DNA of 64,000 nucleotides from a virus (Duplodnaviria; Heunggongvirae; Uroviricota; Caudoviricetes): IMG/VR virus record IMGVR_UViG_3300037067_007156, positions 1 to 64,000 of that record; one strand, 5' to 3'. Shown piece by piece: positions 40,148 to 49,426 of this stretch (position 1 is its first letter; each line of letters starts with the position of its first letter). The notes under the pieces were generated by a model. It saw only the letters and a program-made list of their open reading frames with translations, ran no database searches and was not told where the DNA came from. The position numbers and the translations under genes were made by a program.

Positions 40148-40843
40148 ATGAGATATTTTGGTGGTAAAGCAAGGATTGGTAAAGAAATAGCTAATTTTAT
40201 TAATAATAATTTAAAGGAAAACCAAACATACGTTGAACCTTTTGTTGGTGGTGCATGGATTATGTACAGAATTAATAATGAACGAAAAAGAATTGGTTCA
40301 GATTTGTGTAAACCTCTAATAGATTTATATTGTTCGATGCAAAATAGTTGGATTCCACCCACTAACGTAGATAAGGAATTATATATGAAAGGTAAAAAAG
40401 GTGAATTGGATTCAAATCTAACCGCTTTTTTAGGATTCGGTTGTAGTTTTGCTGGTAAGTGGTATGGTGGATTTGCAAGTACAGAAGGTCGAAATTATGC
40501 TATGAACGCAAAAAACAGTTTAATGAAAAAATTTGAAAATTTATCTGATGTAATATTTTTAAATCAAGACTATACTCAATTTACTGACATGGAAAATTGT
40601 TTCATATATTGCGACCCGCCATATGGTGCAACAACCAAGTATGATTACTGTGGACATTTTGACACGAATAAATTTTGGAATATTATGAGAAAATGGTCAG
40701 AAAAAAATACTGTTATAGTTTCGGAATACACTGCACCACCCGATTTTAAATATGTTTTAGAAATAGAAACAAAAACAGATATAAGAAATAAAAATAATAA
40801 TAAAGAAAAAAGAATTGAAAAAATATTTAGTTTGAATTATTAA
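40148..40843 (+). CDS. Dam-like DNA adenine methyltransferase
   Basis: MRYFGGK, YVEPFVGG, YCDPPY; likely start at 40148. Confidence 0.9.
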   Translation: MRYFGGKARIGKEIANFINNNLKENQTYVEPFVGGAWIMYRINNERKRIGSDLCKPLIDLYCSMQNSWIPPTNVDKELYMKGKKGELDSNLTAFLGFGCSFAGKWYGGFASTEGRNYAMNAKNSLMKKFENLSDVIFLNQDYTQFTDMENCFIYCDPPYGATTKYDYCGHFDTNKFWNIMRKWSEKNTVIVSEYTAPPDFKYVLEIETKTDIRNKNNNKEKRIEKIFSLNY

Positions 40844-40882
40844 AAATATTATTTTTACAGTAATGTTTTATATCAAAAAATT

Positions 40883-41713
40883 ATGACTGTAAAATCCTGC
40901 ATTCAAAAAATATTAAATAATTCAACAGAAGATGTGATTTATTTATCTAATATTTTAAAACAAACTGCAAACGAAACTGGTCACTCTTATGAGTCGGTAC
41001 GTGGTTCTTCATTTGGCTTGGCAAGAGATAAATTTTTAAAAGAAGATTGGTTTAAATCTAATTGGTATTATATTTCTAAAAATTCAAATAATCCGGCCAG
41101 AATTATTAGAAAAGAATATGTTGAAAAACAAGGACTAACTTTAAACGAAAACATATCATATGATACTATACACAAACAAAAATCACGAGAATATGTTTTT
41201 GATTCTATAAAAAAATTATCAAAACCAAAAATTATTACATTAGCTGGTGAACATGGTTTAGATGTTCAATACATTCTTAAAATAAATAAAAATTCTATAA
41301 TACATAATATTGAAAAAGATAAAAATATATTTGATAACTATTGTAAATTAGGTTTAAAAACAAACAACTACAATTGTACAGTTACAGAATTTCTACATAC
41401 TGAAAAAAAAGTTGATATATTTTTTTATGATTCTATGGGATATTTGTGCGAATATATTTCAAATGATTTACAATTAATCAACAATTACAAAACAACTAAT
41501 ATTCTATGTTTAAATCTAATGAATATTAAAAATATAAGAAATCATGGTTCGTTTGCAAATTCATTAAGGCGTAGATATGGTCATTTACCAAATCCAACTT
41601 TAACACATATTAAGAAAATATTATCAAATTATTCTTATGTAGATAACTATATTTATAATAGAACCACACAAAACTCTCAACAAATGATTATTTACAAATT
41701 TAAATTAAAATAA
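40883..41713 (+). CDS. Putative SAM-dependent methyltransferase-fold protein
   Basis: IITLAGEHGLD..IHNIEKD..DIFFYDSMG Rossmann-like pattern; adjacent to the Dam-like gene. Confidence 0.45.
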   Translation: MTVKSCIQKILNNSTEDVIYLSNILKQTANETGHSYESVRGSSFGLARDKFLKEDWFKSNWYYISKNSNNPARIIRKEYVEKQGLTLNENISYDTIHKQKSREYVFDSIKKLSKPKIITLAGEHGLDVQYILKINKNSIIHNIEKDKNIFDNYCKLGLKTNNYNCTVTEFLHTEKKVDIFFYDSMGYLCEYISNDLQLINNYKTTNILCLNLMNIKNIRNHGSFANSLRRRYGHLPNPTLTHIKKILSNYSYVDNYIYNRTTQNSQQMIIYKFKLK

Positions 41714-41725
41714 GATAAAAAAATA

Positions 41726-41929
41726 TTAAATCAAATCCCAAAAATGTTTTTTAATAAAATTCTTTTTATTATTTGAATTATCAAAATGTTTTTCCATAAA
41801 AGATTCCATTGCTTTAGCTCCAGCTATAAAAGCAGTATATGAAACCGCTTCTAAATCAGTGTGAGATTGGTGAATATTTTCTTCGTTTTCTTTCCACCAT
41901 ATACTAAAAATATCATTCTTTTCCACCAT
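41726..41929 (-). CDS. Hypothetical protein
   Basis: 67-aa ORF in operon. Confidence 0.55.
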   Translation of the reverse strand: MVEKNDIFSIWWKENEENIHQSHTDLEAVSYTAFIAGAKAMESFMEKHFDNSNNKKNFIKKHFWDLI

Positions 41930-42290
41930 CTTGTAATATATCTTTTATTTTTAATCGTCTTATTTCTTGAGCATCAACAACATTTACATATATAGGTAAT
42001 ATTGTAATTCGAGTTTGAAAATTATCCATTTCAATATCGTTTGTAAACGCATTAAGTTCCAATGATTTAATAGCATCTAATTCTGTATCAAAAAATTCAG
42101 AATTATCATCGTCAGATAATTTGATTATTAAGGTAGATTTAGGAATATATTTACAAATACTTCCATTTTCAAGAATAGAATTAAATTTAAATGATATCTC
42201 ATCACAATTTAAATCATTTGAATGTATATTAAGATTTTTAATAAAACTTGTCATTACTATTTTATAAATAGCATATTTTTTAACAATCAT
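41913..42290 (-). CDS. Hypothetical protein with C-terminal RxxKI tag
   Basis: Ends EIRRLKIKDILQDGGKE. Confidence 0.65.
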   Translation of the reverse strand: MIVKKYAIYKIVMTSFIKNLNIHSNDLNCDEISFKFNSILENGSICKYIPKSTLIIKLSDDDNSEFFDTELDAIKSLELNAFTNDIEMDNFQTRITILPIYVNVVDAQEIRRLKIKDILQDGGKE

Positions 42291-42291
42291 A

Positions 42292-42840
42292 TCAAATAAT
42301 TAAATAATTACTTTTTATCTTTTTATTCTCAATTTCAGTTAAAGTTTTATTTATTTGCTTTAAAGTTTTAATATCAAAACGTTTTATGAATAAAGTTCCA
42401 AAAATATGGTCATACTCATGTTGTATTATTTTGGCTATAATACCATTATAATCGACAGTTTTCTTTTCAAAATTAGAATTTAAATACTCAATAGTTATAT
42501 CATCAGAACGTGTTATGTTATTCATTAAATTAGGAAAGCTTAAACAACCTTCCATTGTTATACTTTTATTATCACTTCTTTCAATTATAATTGGGTTTAT
42601 GAATGCTTCTTTGAATCCGAAAAAAGAATCACCATCGAGGTCACCAGTCGTATCTACGATAAATAATTTTATAGGTACACCAACTTGATGAGCAGCTAAC
42701 CCAACACCCTTAGCTACATTAAGGGTTTCAAACATATTTTTTATTAAGTCTTGTATTTCATTTTTTTCTTTTGTTAAATCAATTGTTCTTGGTTGTTGTA
42801 TAAGTATAGGTTCACCATAGGTGTATATTGGTAAAATCAT
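42292..42840 (-). CDS. def: Peptide deformylase
   Basis: GVGLAAHQVG, EGCLS, QHEYDH. Confidence 0.96.
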   Translation of the reverse strand: MILPIYTYGEPILIQQPRTIDLTKEKNEIQDLIKNMFETLNVAKGVGLAAHQVGVPIKLFIVDTTGDLDGDSFFGFKEAFINPIIIERSDNKSITMEGCLSFPNLMNNITRSDDITIEYLNSNFEKKTVDYNGIIAKIIQHEYDHIFGTLFIKRFDIKTLKQINKTLTEIENKKIKSNYLII

Positions 42841-42868
42841 TAAATAATTTTATTTTTGAAAAAGAATA

Positions 42869-43162
42869 TTATTCTTCTTTTTTTGGTAGAACAAGTTCCA
42901 AATATTTTGTGTTTAATAATTCTTCCAATTGACCACATATAGGAAGTTTACCAATCCTTGTGTTGTTAAGATTTGTACATCTAAATCCGACATTGGGTAT
43001 GAAATTTAACATAATAGAAGAATTTTGGTCAATTATTGCACCTCTTTGTAACATATATGCAAGTTGTTCATCACCGAATTGATTGATTAATGTATGAATT
43101 TTAGGATGATATTCAGTTAACTTTTTATGTTCTAATATGAGATTTAAACAGGTTTTTAACAT
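42869..43162 (-). CDS. Hypothetical protein
   Basis: 97-aa ORF. Confidence 0.55.
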   Translation of the reverse strand: MLKTCLNLILEHKKLTEYHPKIHTLINQFGDEQLAYMLQRGAIIDQNSSIMLNFIPNVGFRCTNLNNTRIGKLPICGQLEELLNTKYLELVLPKKEE

Positions 43163-43251
43163 TTTTATTGTATTATTTTTGTTTATATATTATATATTTA
43201 GGGTTTAGTTTATTAGTTTACAATTTTTTTTATTAAATTTAATGATTATTT

Positions 43252-43470
43252 TTGTCAATTATAAATGATATTTTTATGAAAGAAGAAAAAATGTTTACTC
43301 ATGAATCACATTATGATACATTTGAAAATATATTTGTATGTGACAAATATGACACATTGGTGGAAGATATTAGTGGTAGTATGAATATTTTTAAAGAAAA
43401 TAAGCGTAAAGAGCGTAAAGCTAAACTCGATGAAATTTTCAATGGTGAATTTAATTTAATAAGTGAATAA
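43252..43470 (+). CDS. Hypothetical protein with RKxKL tag
   Basis: ERKAKLDEIF near the C-terminus. Confidence 0.6.
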   Translation: MSIINDIFMKEEKMFTHESHYDTFENIFVCDKYDTLVEDISGSMNIFKENKRKERKAKLDEIFNGEFNLISE

Positions 43471-44047
43471 TATGAAACCACTCGAATACGTAAAAAAATA
43501 TAATCTTGACCAAGGTGTAAATTTCAACCACAATGAATTTATATCAGATTTGACATTTGATTTCATTACCCTTTTAGAAGTAGGTAATGCACGGGGTAAT
43601 TTCAAAGGTTACAATAACGCTGTTAACGCCATTCGGATGAAATGGGATGGTATTGACAAAAAAACAGCAGGTCGGTTACCAGAAAAACTCTGGAATTATT
43701 TTTTCGGTTCTGTAATAGCTAAATTACGGGAAGAGTTATTTCCAGAAGAAATGGAAAAAAGAAGAATGGAAGAAAAAGAACGGAAGAGAAGAAAAGAAGA
43801 ATGGAAGAGAATGGAACAGGAAGAGGATTCTTGGATATTTGGTTTCTTTTTACATTCTTTATTCTCAAAACAAAAACCATTATCCAGTTTTCAAGCATTA
43901 GAATTAAATTCTGATGCTACTTTGGAAGATGTTAAAGGGGCATACCGCAAATTATCAATGTTACATCACCCAGATAAAGGCGGGAATAAAGATAAATTTA
44001 TCGAAATAACTGAGGCTAAAAATAAGTGTTTGGCTTTTTTATCTTAA
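43463..44047 (+). CDS. C-terminal J-domain (DnaJ-like) protein
   Basis: ALEL...AT..DVKGAYRKLSMLHHPDKGG..KFIEITEA. Confidence 0.9.
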   Translation: MNNMKPLEYVKKYNLDQGVNFNHNEFISDLTFDFITLLEVGNARGNFKGYNNAVNAIRMKWDGIDKKTAGRLPEKLWNYFFGSVIAKLREELFPEEMEKRRMEEKERKRRKEEWKRMEQEEDSWIFGFFLHSLFSKQKPLSSFQALELNSDATLEDVKGAYRKLSMLHHPDKGGNKDKFIEITEAKNKCLAFLS

Positions 44048-44054
44048 TTTTATA

Positions 44055-44453
44055 ATGGAAGAAAATATTTTAGATATAATTCAAAAAATACAAGAAGTAC
44101 GAAATCCAAAGTATTTTTTGTGGAATATTATTAAGAATGTTAAATTTTTCACTTCTAAAATTTATAATGGCTGGTTAGTTGGGAAAAAAGATGACGAAGT
44201 TTATTTTAATTACGATATAAAAAATCACATTTTATATTATAGTTATTATAAAATTTATCAAATTTTATCGTCGAAATATCATCTTAATGAAGTGAAAGCT
44301 AACGAATTAGTGAGTGGTATGGTGAGTGAACATTTCAAATTAAAGGTAAACACAACGAAAAATATACTTTGGCATTTTAGCCCGCAGGTGAGTGAACATT
44401 TCAATTTAAGGGTAAACACAACCGAAACTGCTTCTCAATATTATTTTATATAG
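44055..44453 (+). CDS. Array-fused orphan protein, copy 3 (reads through two repeat-spacer units)
   Basis: ...MVSEHFKLKVNTT-KNILWHFSPQ-VSEHFNLRVNTT-ETASQYYFI*. Confidence 0.85.
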   Translation: MEENILDIIQKIQEVRNPKYFLWNIIKNVKFFTSKIYNGWLVGKKDDEVYFNYDIKNHILYYSYYKIYQILSSKYHLNEVKANELVSGMVSEHFKLKVNTTKNILWHFSPQVSEHFNLRVNTTETASQYYFI

Positions 44454-44541
44454 GTGAGTGAACATTTAAAACTGAGGGTGGACACAACGACCATTTTTGA
44501 TTATATTACCATTTTAAATGTGAGTGAATATTTCAAATTAA
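44321..44541 (+). CRISPR. CRISPR-like mini-array 3 (3 variant repeats plus a truncated fourth, 3 spacers)
   Basis: GGTGAGTGAACATTT...CACAAC at 44321, 44387 and 44453; partial copy at 44519; 30-nt spacers at 44357, 44423 and 44489. Confidence 0.85.
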
Positions 44542-44559
44542 TAAATTAATAAATTCAAA

Positions 44560-44901
44560 ATGAACTCAACAGATGAAAAAGTATTAGAATTATGCTTTGC
44601 ACAAATTAATTCATATCTTAAAGATGGTGATTTGAAATGGTTTAAAGAACTTTCAGATAAAGATATTGTTGGTCTTCATCACACTCTTGGTGGAAGATTA
44701 CGTAATGATTTAAATCTTTGGCATGATAGTGAAGTAGCTAAATGGTTTCAATCATTGGGATTACACCACGCTGATGATATGTCTACTATTATCATGGTGT
44801 CTTATCATCGAAAATTAAATGATAAACCAATTTTGTTAGATGAACAAGTAGAATATTATTTGAATTGGTGGGCTAAACCAGAAAATGAACGATATGGATA
44901 A
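44560..44901 (+). CDS. Hypothetical protein
   Basis: LHHTLGGRLRNDLNLW..HHADDMSTII motif. Confidence 0.7.
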   Translation: MNSTDEKVLELCFAQINSYLKDGDLKWFKELSDKDIVGLHHTLGGRLRNDLNLWHDSEVAKWFQSLGLHHADDMSTIIMVSYHRKLNDKPILLDEQVEYYLNWWAKPENERYG

Positions 44902-45217
44902 AAAACTTGAAAGATACGTAAAAATACACGAATTAAACAAATCCGATGAACGTGTTGAATTCGAAAGAACTCATACACTTCACATGGGTATTGTAGATGA
45001 TGAAGGTGTAGAAGGTGTTACAGAGATTGATAAAAACAACCCCGAACAGATAGAACAACGGTATAAATCAATGGAACTACGTTGTCGGATGAATGGTCAA
45101 AGAAATGACACTGTATGTGGATTCTGGATTGATAATAAACTATTACCTAATATAAAAAAACAAATTAAATCTGAGGTTTCACAAAACTATTTGAAGAAAA
45201 TCGCATATATAATATAA
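44885..45217 (+). CDS. Hypothetical protein
   Basis: 110-aa ORF. Confidence 0.65.
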   Translation: MNDMDKKLERYVKIHELNKSDERVEFERTHTLHMGIVDDEGVEGVTEIDKNNPEQIEQRYKSMELRCRMNGQRNDTVCGFWIDNKLLPNIKKQIKSEVSQNYLKKIAYII

Positions 45218-45236
45218 ACAAATTTAAATTATATTT

Positions 45237-45536
45237 ATGGATAATATTTCAGGAAAAGCTAATTACACAGAAATGACAGATGAGTTTCAACAAAGAAAAA
45301 ACACATCTAAAAAGGCCAGTCATGAAACAACATCAACAACACCAAAGTACAACAAAAAAGAGTTCACAAAAGTTTTAAAAGAGTTAACAACAAATTTTTA
45401 TAAGGTATTAGAAGATAGTGAAAAACTTTATGACATCCGTTGTCTAAAAGAAATTAACGACTTCAAAGTTACAATAAAGTCAGTCGAACGAGATTTAAAA
45501 AAAGTACACGAATTAAACAAAAAAAGTGGGGAATAA
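45237..45536 (+). CDS. Hypothetical protein
   Basis: 99-aa ORF followed by a hairpin. Confidence 0.65.
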   Translation: MDNISGKANYTEMTDEFQQRKNTSKKASHETTSTTPKYNKKEFTKVLKELTTNFYKVLEDSEKLYDIRCLKEINDFKVTIKSVERDLKKVHELNKKSGE

Positions 45537-45551
45537 TCCCCACCTTTTTTA
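45521..45551. terminator. Bidirectional terminator between convergent operons
   Basis: AAAAAA-GTGGGGA-ataa-TCCCCAC-CTTTTTT. Confidence 0.75.
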
Positions 45552-45573
45552 TTATCTAAACTATTAAATATTA

Positions 45574-45945
45574 TTACTGAATAAGAGTTTTCAGTTCATC
45601 GATGCTCTTATCTTTAAGCGCACCTTCTTCTTTTTCAGCAATGATTTCAATAATTTTCTGGTTACGAGCTTTAACTTCTTTAGCTGTTCTCAAATCTTCA
45701 GCTTCTTTCTTTTTAGTAAGATATACATCTTTTAAAATATCAAAGCGAAGTTGGTTTTCAACATCAACGACCTTGGTATCTTCCAAGAATGATAATTCAT
45801 CATCATCAGTCTTTTTCAACACCTTTTTAACTGCTTTTATAGCATTTGAAAGTTCAATTTGAGATAAATCCCAAAGTTGTTCCACTGATAAATTTCCTTT
45901 ACCAGTTGCGATTCTTAATCCTAATTTAGAAGCGTGTTTGTACAT
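45574..45945 (-). CDS. Conserved-looking phage coiled-coil protein
   Basis: LRIATGKGNLSVEQLWDL..SFL..LRFDILKDV. Confidence 0.75.
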   Translation of the reverse strand: MYKHASKLGLRIATGKGNLSVEQLWDLSQIELSNAIKAVKKVLKKTDDDELSFLEDTKVVDVENQLRFDILKDVYLTKKKEAEDLRTAKEVKARNQKIIEIIAEKEEGALKDKSIDELKTLIQ

Positions 45946-45984
45946 ACGTTTTAATTTTTAATTGTTAATTGTTATACTTAATTT

Positions 45985-48090
45985 TTAAAATTTTATTTTT
46001 ATTACTCGTTTAAATGAGCCAGAAATTTTTAAAATTACACACTCAGAAACAGTACTATTAAACCCTAAACCAGATAATTGTTTATCCGTAGATTCAATCA
46101 TAGTAGTATTTCCTAATACTTCGAGAACTTTACGATGTTGTGCCAGTTCTGGTATCAAATTTTCGTTATGAAAACTACGAATATTAACCGGACATTTACA
46201 ATCATCAAGCATGAAAAAATAATGTTTATTACCCACATTATTTTCTTCCCAATGATTTGGACTTAAACAAACCAAATTAACTTTATGAAATTCATTTGTT
46301 TGTAAACCATAAAGTTCTTTAGAAGAAGTAGTTTCAGGTAATAAATGATTGATAGTGAATTCGCCTCCTTTTAAAGTGATTTCAGCTACTTTGGTATCAT
46401 TAAAAGCTGGATTATTATATTCATAAGAATATATTTCACCATTAAATTCTATCTCAGCCTTAAAACCAGTATTATTACCTCTATCATAATTTCTAATAAA
46501 GAATTTATAAATTCCATCTCGCATTTGTGATAGTGTTGTCCAAGTAATATTTTCAACTCCTTGATTTCTGGGTCTAATCATATCAACATCTAACATACCT
46601 GACATTGGAGTTTTACGTCCTTTATAAGTATTAAAGGCAATCTCAGTACCATTAGGTTCAATCGCATGAGCATCGAAATCACAAATACTTTTACCATCTT
46701 CATTCCAAGAAATAGAAAATCTTAATATTCCATCAACTTTTCCACCTGCTGTCTTAACAGCTTCTTTGATTTGTGACTTACCAGCCAAATTACCATTGAA
46801 AGTCCATGAATAATTATTAGACCATTTAAAAATTGGTCTACTTTCTTTGATATTAGCAGTTGTAAGCGACACCATATTACCATCATGTTTATTGGTCAGA
46901 AATGCTTCAACTGATGTACAAGTGGGAAGTATATCTGACATAAATTTTTCAATAGTTACTTCTTCCACGTTGTCAAATTCACTTCTTTTGTGTCTCGTGG
47001 AAGTAGATTTAACATTATCGAAAATTGAAACGGATTTTATCTTACCATCACCAACATTGATATGTTTAATTTCCGAAACTTTAATATCGTCTATTGTAGC
47101 AAATCGTCTATTGAAGGATTCAGTATAACCATTTTCTTCTACAAAAACTTTAGCTTCTTCAATCTGCTTCTTAGTTATAGGAGCAGTAGTTTTCATATAG
47201 TTAATCGGGTCAACTCTTTTATTCCAAGATTGACAAGCTTTATTTAGTTCTTCACCTTCTGCTAATTCAGTACACAAAACACCAATCAATTCGTTTTTGA
47301 ATTTGGCAAATGATAATTTATAGCTATTAACCCAACACCAATTATCTTTTTTATTTTCAGACAATTTATCGTATCGTTCCTTTAATGGAATAATTTGTTG
47401 TAGTTTATACAAATGGGTCTGGCCATCCAAAAGTGAACCTTGATTAATAAGGTCTTTTACCAGATTGAGTGTGTCAAGTGGTATTTCTAACATAGCTCGC
47501 TGAAAAACATTTTTTGCATCTCTATATTCAGCCATAATAGCTTCAATAGATTTACTTCCCATATCCACAAATAACTTTGGAAGATAAAGATGTAAATGAT
47601 TGAATGTTCTAATTTCACTGGGTTTGACAACCCCATATTTTTCAGCTTCTTCTTTTGTATACTGTTTAACATTTTTATCCACCCCAAGTTGAAAAAGTTC
47701 ATTGATTTTTGAACATTTTTCATAAGGTAAATAATTTAACTCGTTAAAAGTTTCAAAGAAAACTTCTGCAATTGGAACTGATTTTAGTTTTTCACTCAAA
47801 ACTTTAGTTACTACACTGTATTCTTCATCTGCGTCAACATCAAACATCGTAACAACATTTAAATCTTCATCTATGGTAACAATGTTTCCATATCTACGAA
47901 CAAAGTTATTACAGTGGTTACAGTTATGCATAGTACTGTTTGGGTCTCTAAAAATAGGATTGTGTTCCTTTGGAAAACTTTTAATATACAAATCCCATAC
48001 TTGTTGACCAGTCAACGAACTACGAAATAACTTACCCGATTCGCACATTTTATTAAATTGTGCTTGAATTAGTTTGTTAAACTCAATCAT
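45985..48090 (-). CDS. Large phage protein with N-terminal Cys/His cluster and a beta-rich C-terminal domain
   Basis: 701 aa; HNCNHCNNF; LRFSISWN..DFDAHAIEP..LDVDM..VENITW. Confidence 0.75.
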   Translation of the reverse strand: MIEFNKLIQAQFNKMCESGKLFRSSLTGQQVWDLYIKSFPKEHNPIFRDPNSTMHNCNHCNNFVRRYGNIVTIDEDLNVVTMFDVDADEEYSVVTKVLSEKLKSVPIAEVFFETFNELNYLPYEKCSKINELFQLGVDKNVKQYTKEEAEKYGVVKPSEIRTFNHLHLYLPKLFVDMGSKSIEAIMAEYRDAKNVFQRAMLEIPLDTLNLVKDLINQGSLLDGQTHLYKLQQIIPLKERYDKLSENKKDNWCWVNSYKLSFAKFKNELIGVLCTELAEGEELNKACQSWNKRVDPINYMKTTAPITKKQIEEAKVFVEENGYTESFNRRFATIDDIKVSEIKHINVGDGKIKSVSIFDNVKSTSTRHKRSEFDNVEEVTIEKFMSDILPTCTSVEAFLTNKHDGNMVSLTTANIKESRPIFKWSNNYSWTFNGNLAGKSQIKEAVKTAGGKVDGILRFSISWNEDGKSICDFDAHAIEPNGTEIAFNTYKGRKTPMSGMLDVDMIRPRNQGVENITWTTLSQMRDGIYKFFIRNYDRGNNTGFKAEIEFNGEIYSYEYNNPAFNDTKVAEITLKGGEFTINHLLPETTSSKELYGLQTNEFHKVNLVCLSPNHWEENNVGNKHYFFMLDDCKCPVNIRSFHNENLIPELAQHRKVLEVLGNTTMIESTDKQLSGLGFNSTVSECVILKISGSFKRVIKIKF

Positions 48091-48163
48091 TATTTTAATT
48101 ATTAAATTACTACTGTCCAGTACTACTCTATTTCATAACTGGAATATTACTAAAAATAATCTA

Positions 48164-48171
48164 CAAATATA
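48164..48171 (-). promoter_or_regulatory. Bacteroidota-type -7 promoter element TAnnTTTG
   Basis: TATATTTG about 75 nt upstream of the 701-aa gene; similar elements at 33743-33750 (-) and 54787-54794 (+). Confidence 0.55.
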
Positions 48172-48250
48172 AAATAAAAAATGAATATTAATTATAAAAA
48201 AACTATAATTTTTTATTTTTAATATATAAATAAAAATATTATTTAGATTA

Positions 48251-48742
48251 ATGTTAAAATATAATGAATTCATAAACGAAAATGTATCTCATTCTGATTA
48301 TCTTACTTGGAAACGAAAAAATGTAACTATAAGAGGAATAAGAGATGTTTATGCTGAAGATAATGGTGGTTCAGCTATGTTAGGTAGAGGTTTATATACA
48401 GCAGCTTTATCAAATAAAGCTCTTGCAAAACAATATGGCACTGTACAATTTGTTCTTAATGCCATCCCTAAAAAACCCAAAATATTCAACACATTGAATG
48501 ATTGGGAAGTGTGGTTTTATAATACATTAGTTTTTAAATTTTCCAAAGAACAAGGAAAAGAATATCCAGATAAACGAGATTTTTCGGATAAAACCACTAT
48601 TGAAGCTGAGATGATGAAACTCGGTTATGATGGTATAATAATAAAAGGTCGTGAAATGGTAAATTATAAACCAGAAAATATTTTATATTTTCAAAACGAA
48701 CAACAGTTGGAAAATTACTTTTATTTTTTATATGATAAGTAA
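48251..48742 (+). CDS. Putative ADP-ribosyltransferase-fold protein with capsid-targeting-like N-terminus
   Basis: MLKYNEFINEN; IRG..LGRGLYTA..A.QYG..GYDGIII..EMVNY.P.NI pattern typical of phage ART-like domains. Confidence 0.55.
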   Translation: MLKYNEFINENVSHSDYLTWKRKNVTIRGIRDVYAEDNGGSAMLGRGLYTAALSNKALAKQYGTVQFVLNAIPKKPKIFNTLNDWEVWFYNTLVFKFSKEQGKEYPDKRDFSDKTTIEAEMMKLGYDGIIIKGREMVNYKPENILYFQNEQQLENYFYFLYDK

Positions 48743-48816
48743 AAATGTTTAAAATATTTCTAAATGAAATAAATAATATTTTTATTTTTAATATATACAA
48801 AAAAACATTCAATAAT

Positions 48817-49419
48817 ATGAAATTTATTAAATCATTCATGTCAATAAACGAAAGTGCTACATTCGAATCTGAATGTGCACAAAAATATAAACCAGAAGGT
48901 TACAGTTTAATTGCTACAAACGAGTCTTATTGGGGTTGGGAATATGATACCGATTATAAATATGCTTTTCTTTATATGAATAATATTGGTAATCTAATTT
49001 TAAAAATTGTACATGTTCATGTTAAAAGTGGAATAGGTGCAGGTAAAGTAACAAATGTACTTTATGAAGGAAATGTTGGGACTATTAATAAACCTGATAT
49101 TAAAACTATTCAAGATAATCTTAAAAAATTCAGTCACGAAAAATCAAGCGCAGGTAGACCTTTTAGTAGAAATAATTGGAAACCCACTTTTTCTGACGAA
49201 AAAATGTTACTTAGTAGTTTATTAAAAGACCCAAGGACATCAAGAATGTTTAAAGCTGCTTCCGTTTTAGAAGATGAACCATCGACAGAAAAACCGATAC
49301 CATCAGGTGTAAGAGCTTCTAAACGTGAAAAATTAGCACTTTTACATAAATATGCATATAAATTATCTGAACAGGATTTAGATGATTTAATGCTTAAATT
49401 AATCAATTCAAATAAATAA
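48817..49419 (+). CDS. Putative internal virion protein
   Basis: Likely start at 48817 (MKFIKSFMSINES), after the late motif. Confidence 0.7.
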   Translation: MKFIKSFMSINESATFESECAQKYKPEGYSLIATNESYWGWEYDTDYKYAFLYMNNIGNLILKIVHVHVKSGIGAGKVTNVLYEGNVGTINKPDIKTIQDNLKKFSHEKSSAGRPFSRNNWKPTFSDEKMLLSSLLKDPRTSRMFKAASVLEDEPSTEKPIPSGVRASKREKLALLHKYAYKLSEQDLDDLMLKLINSNK

Positions 49420-49426
49420 AAATAAT

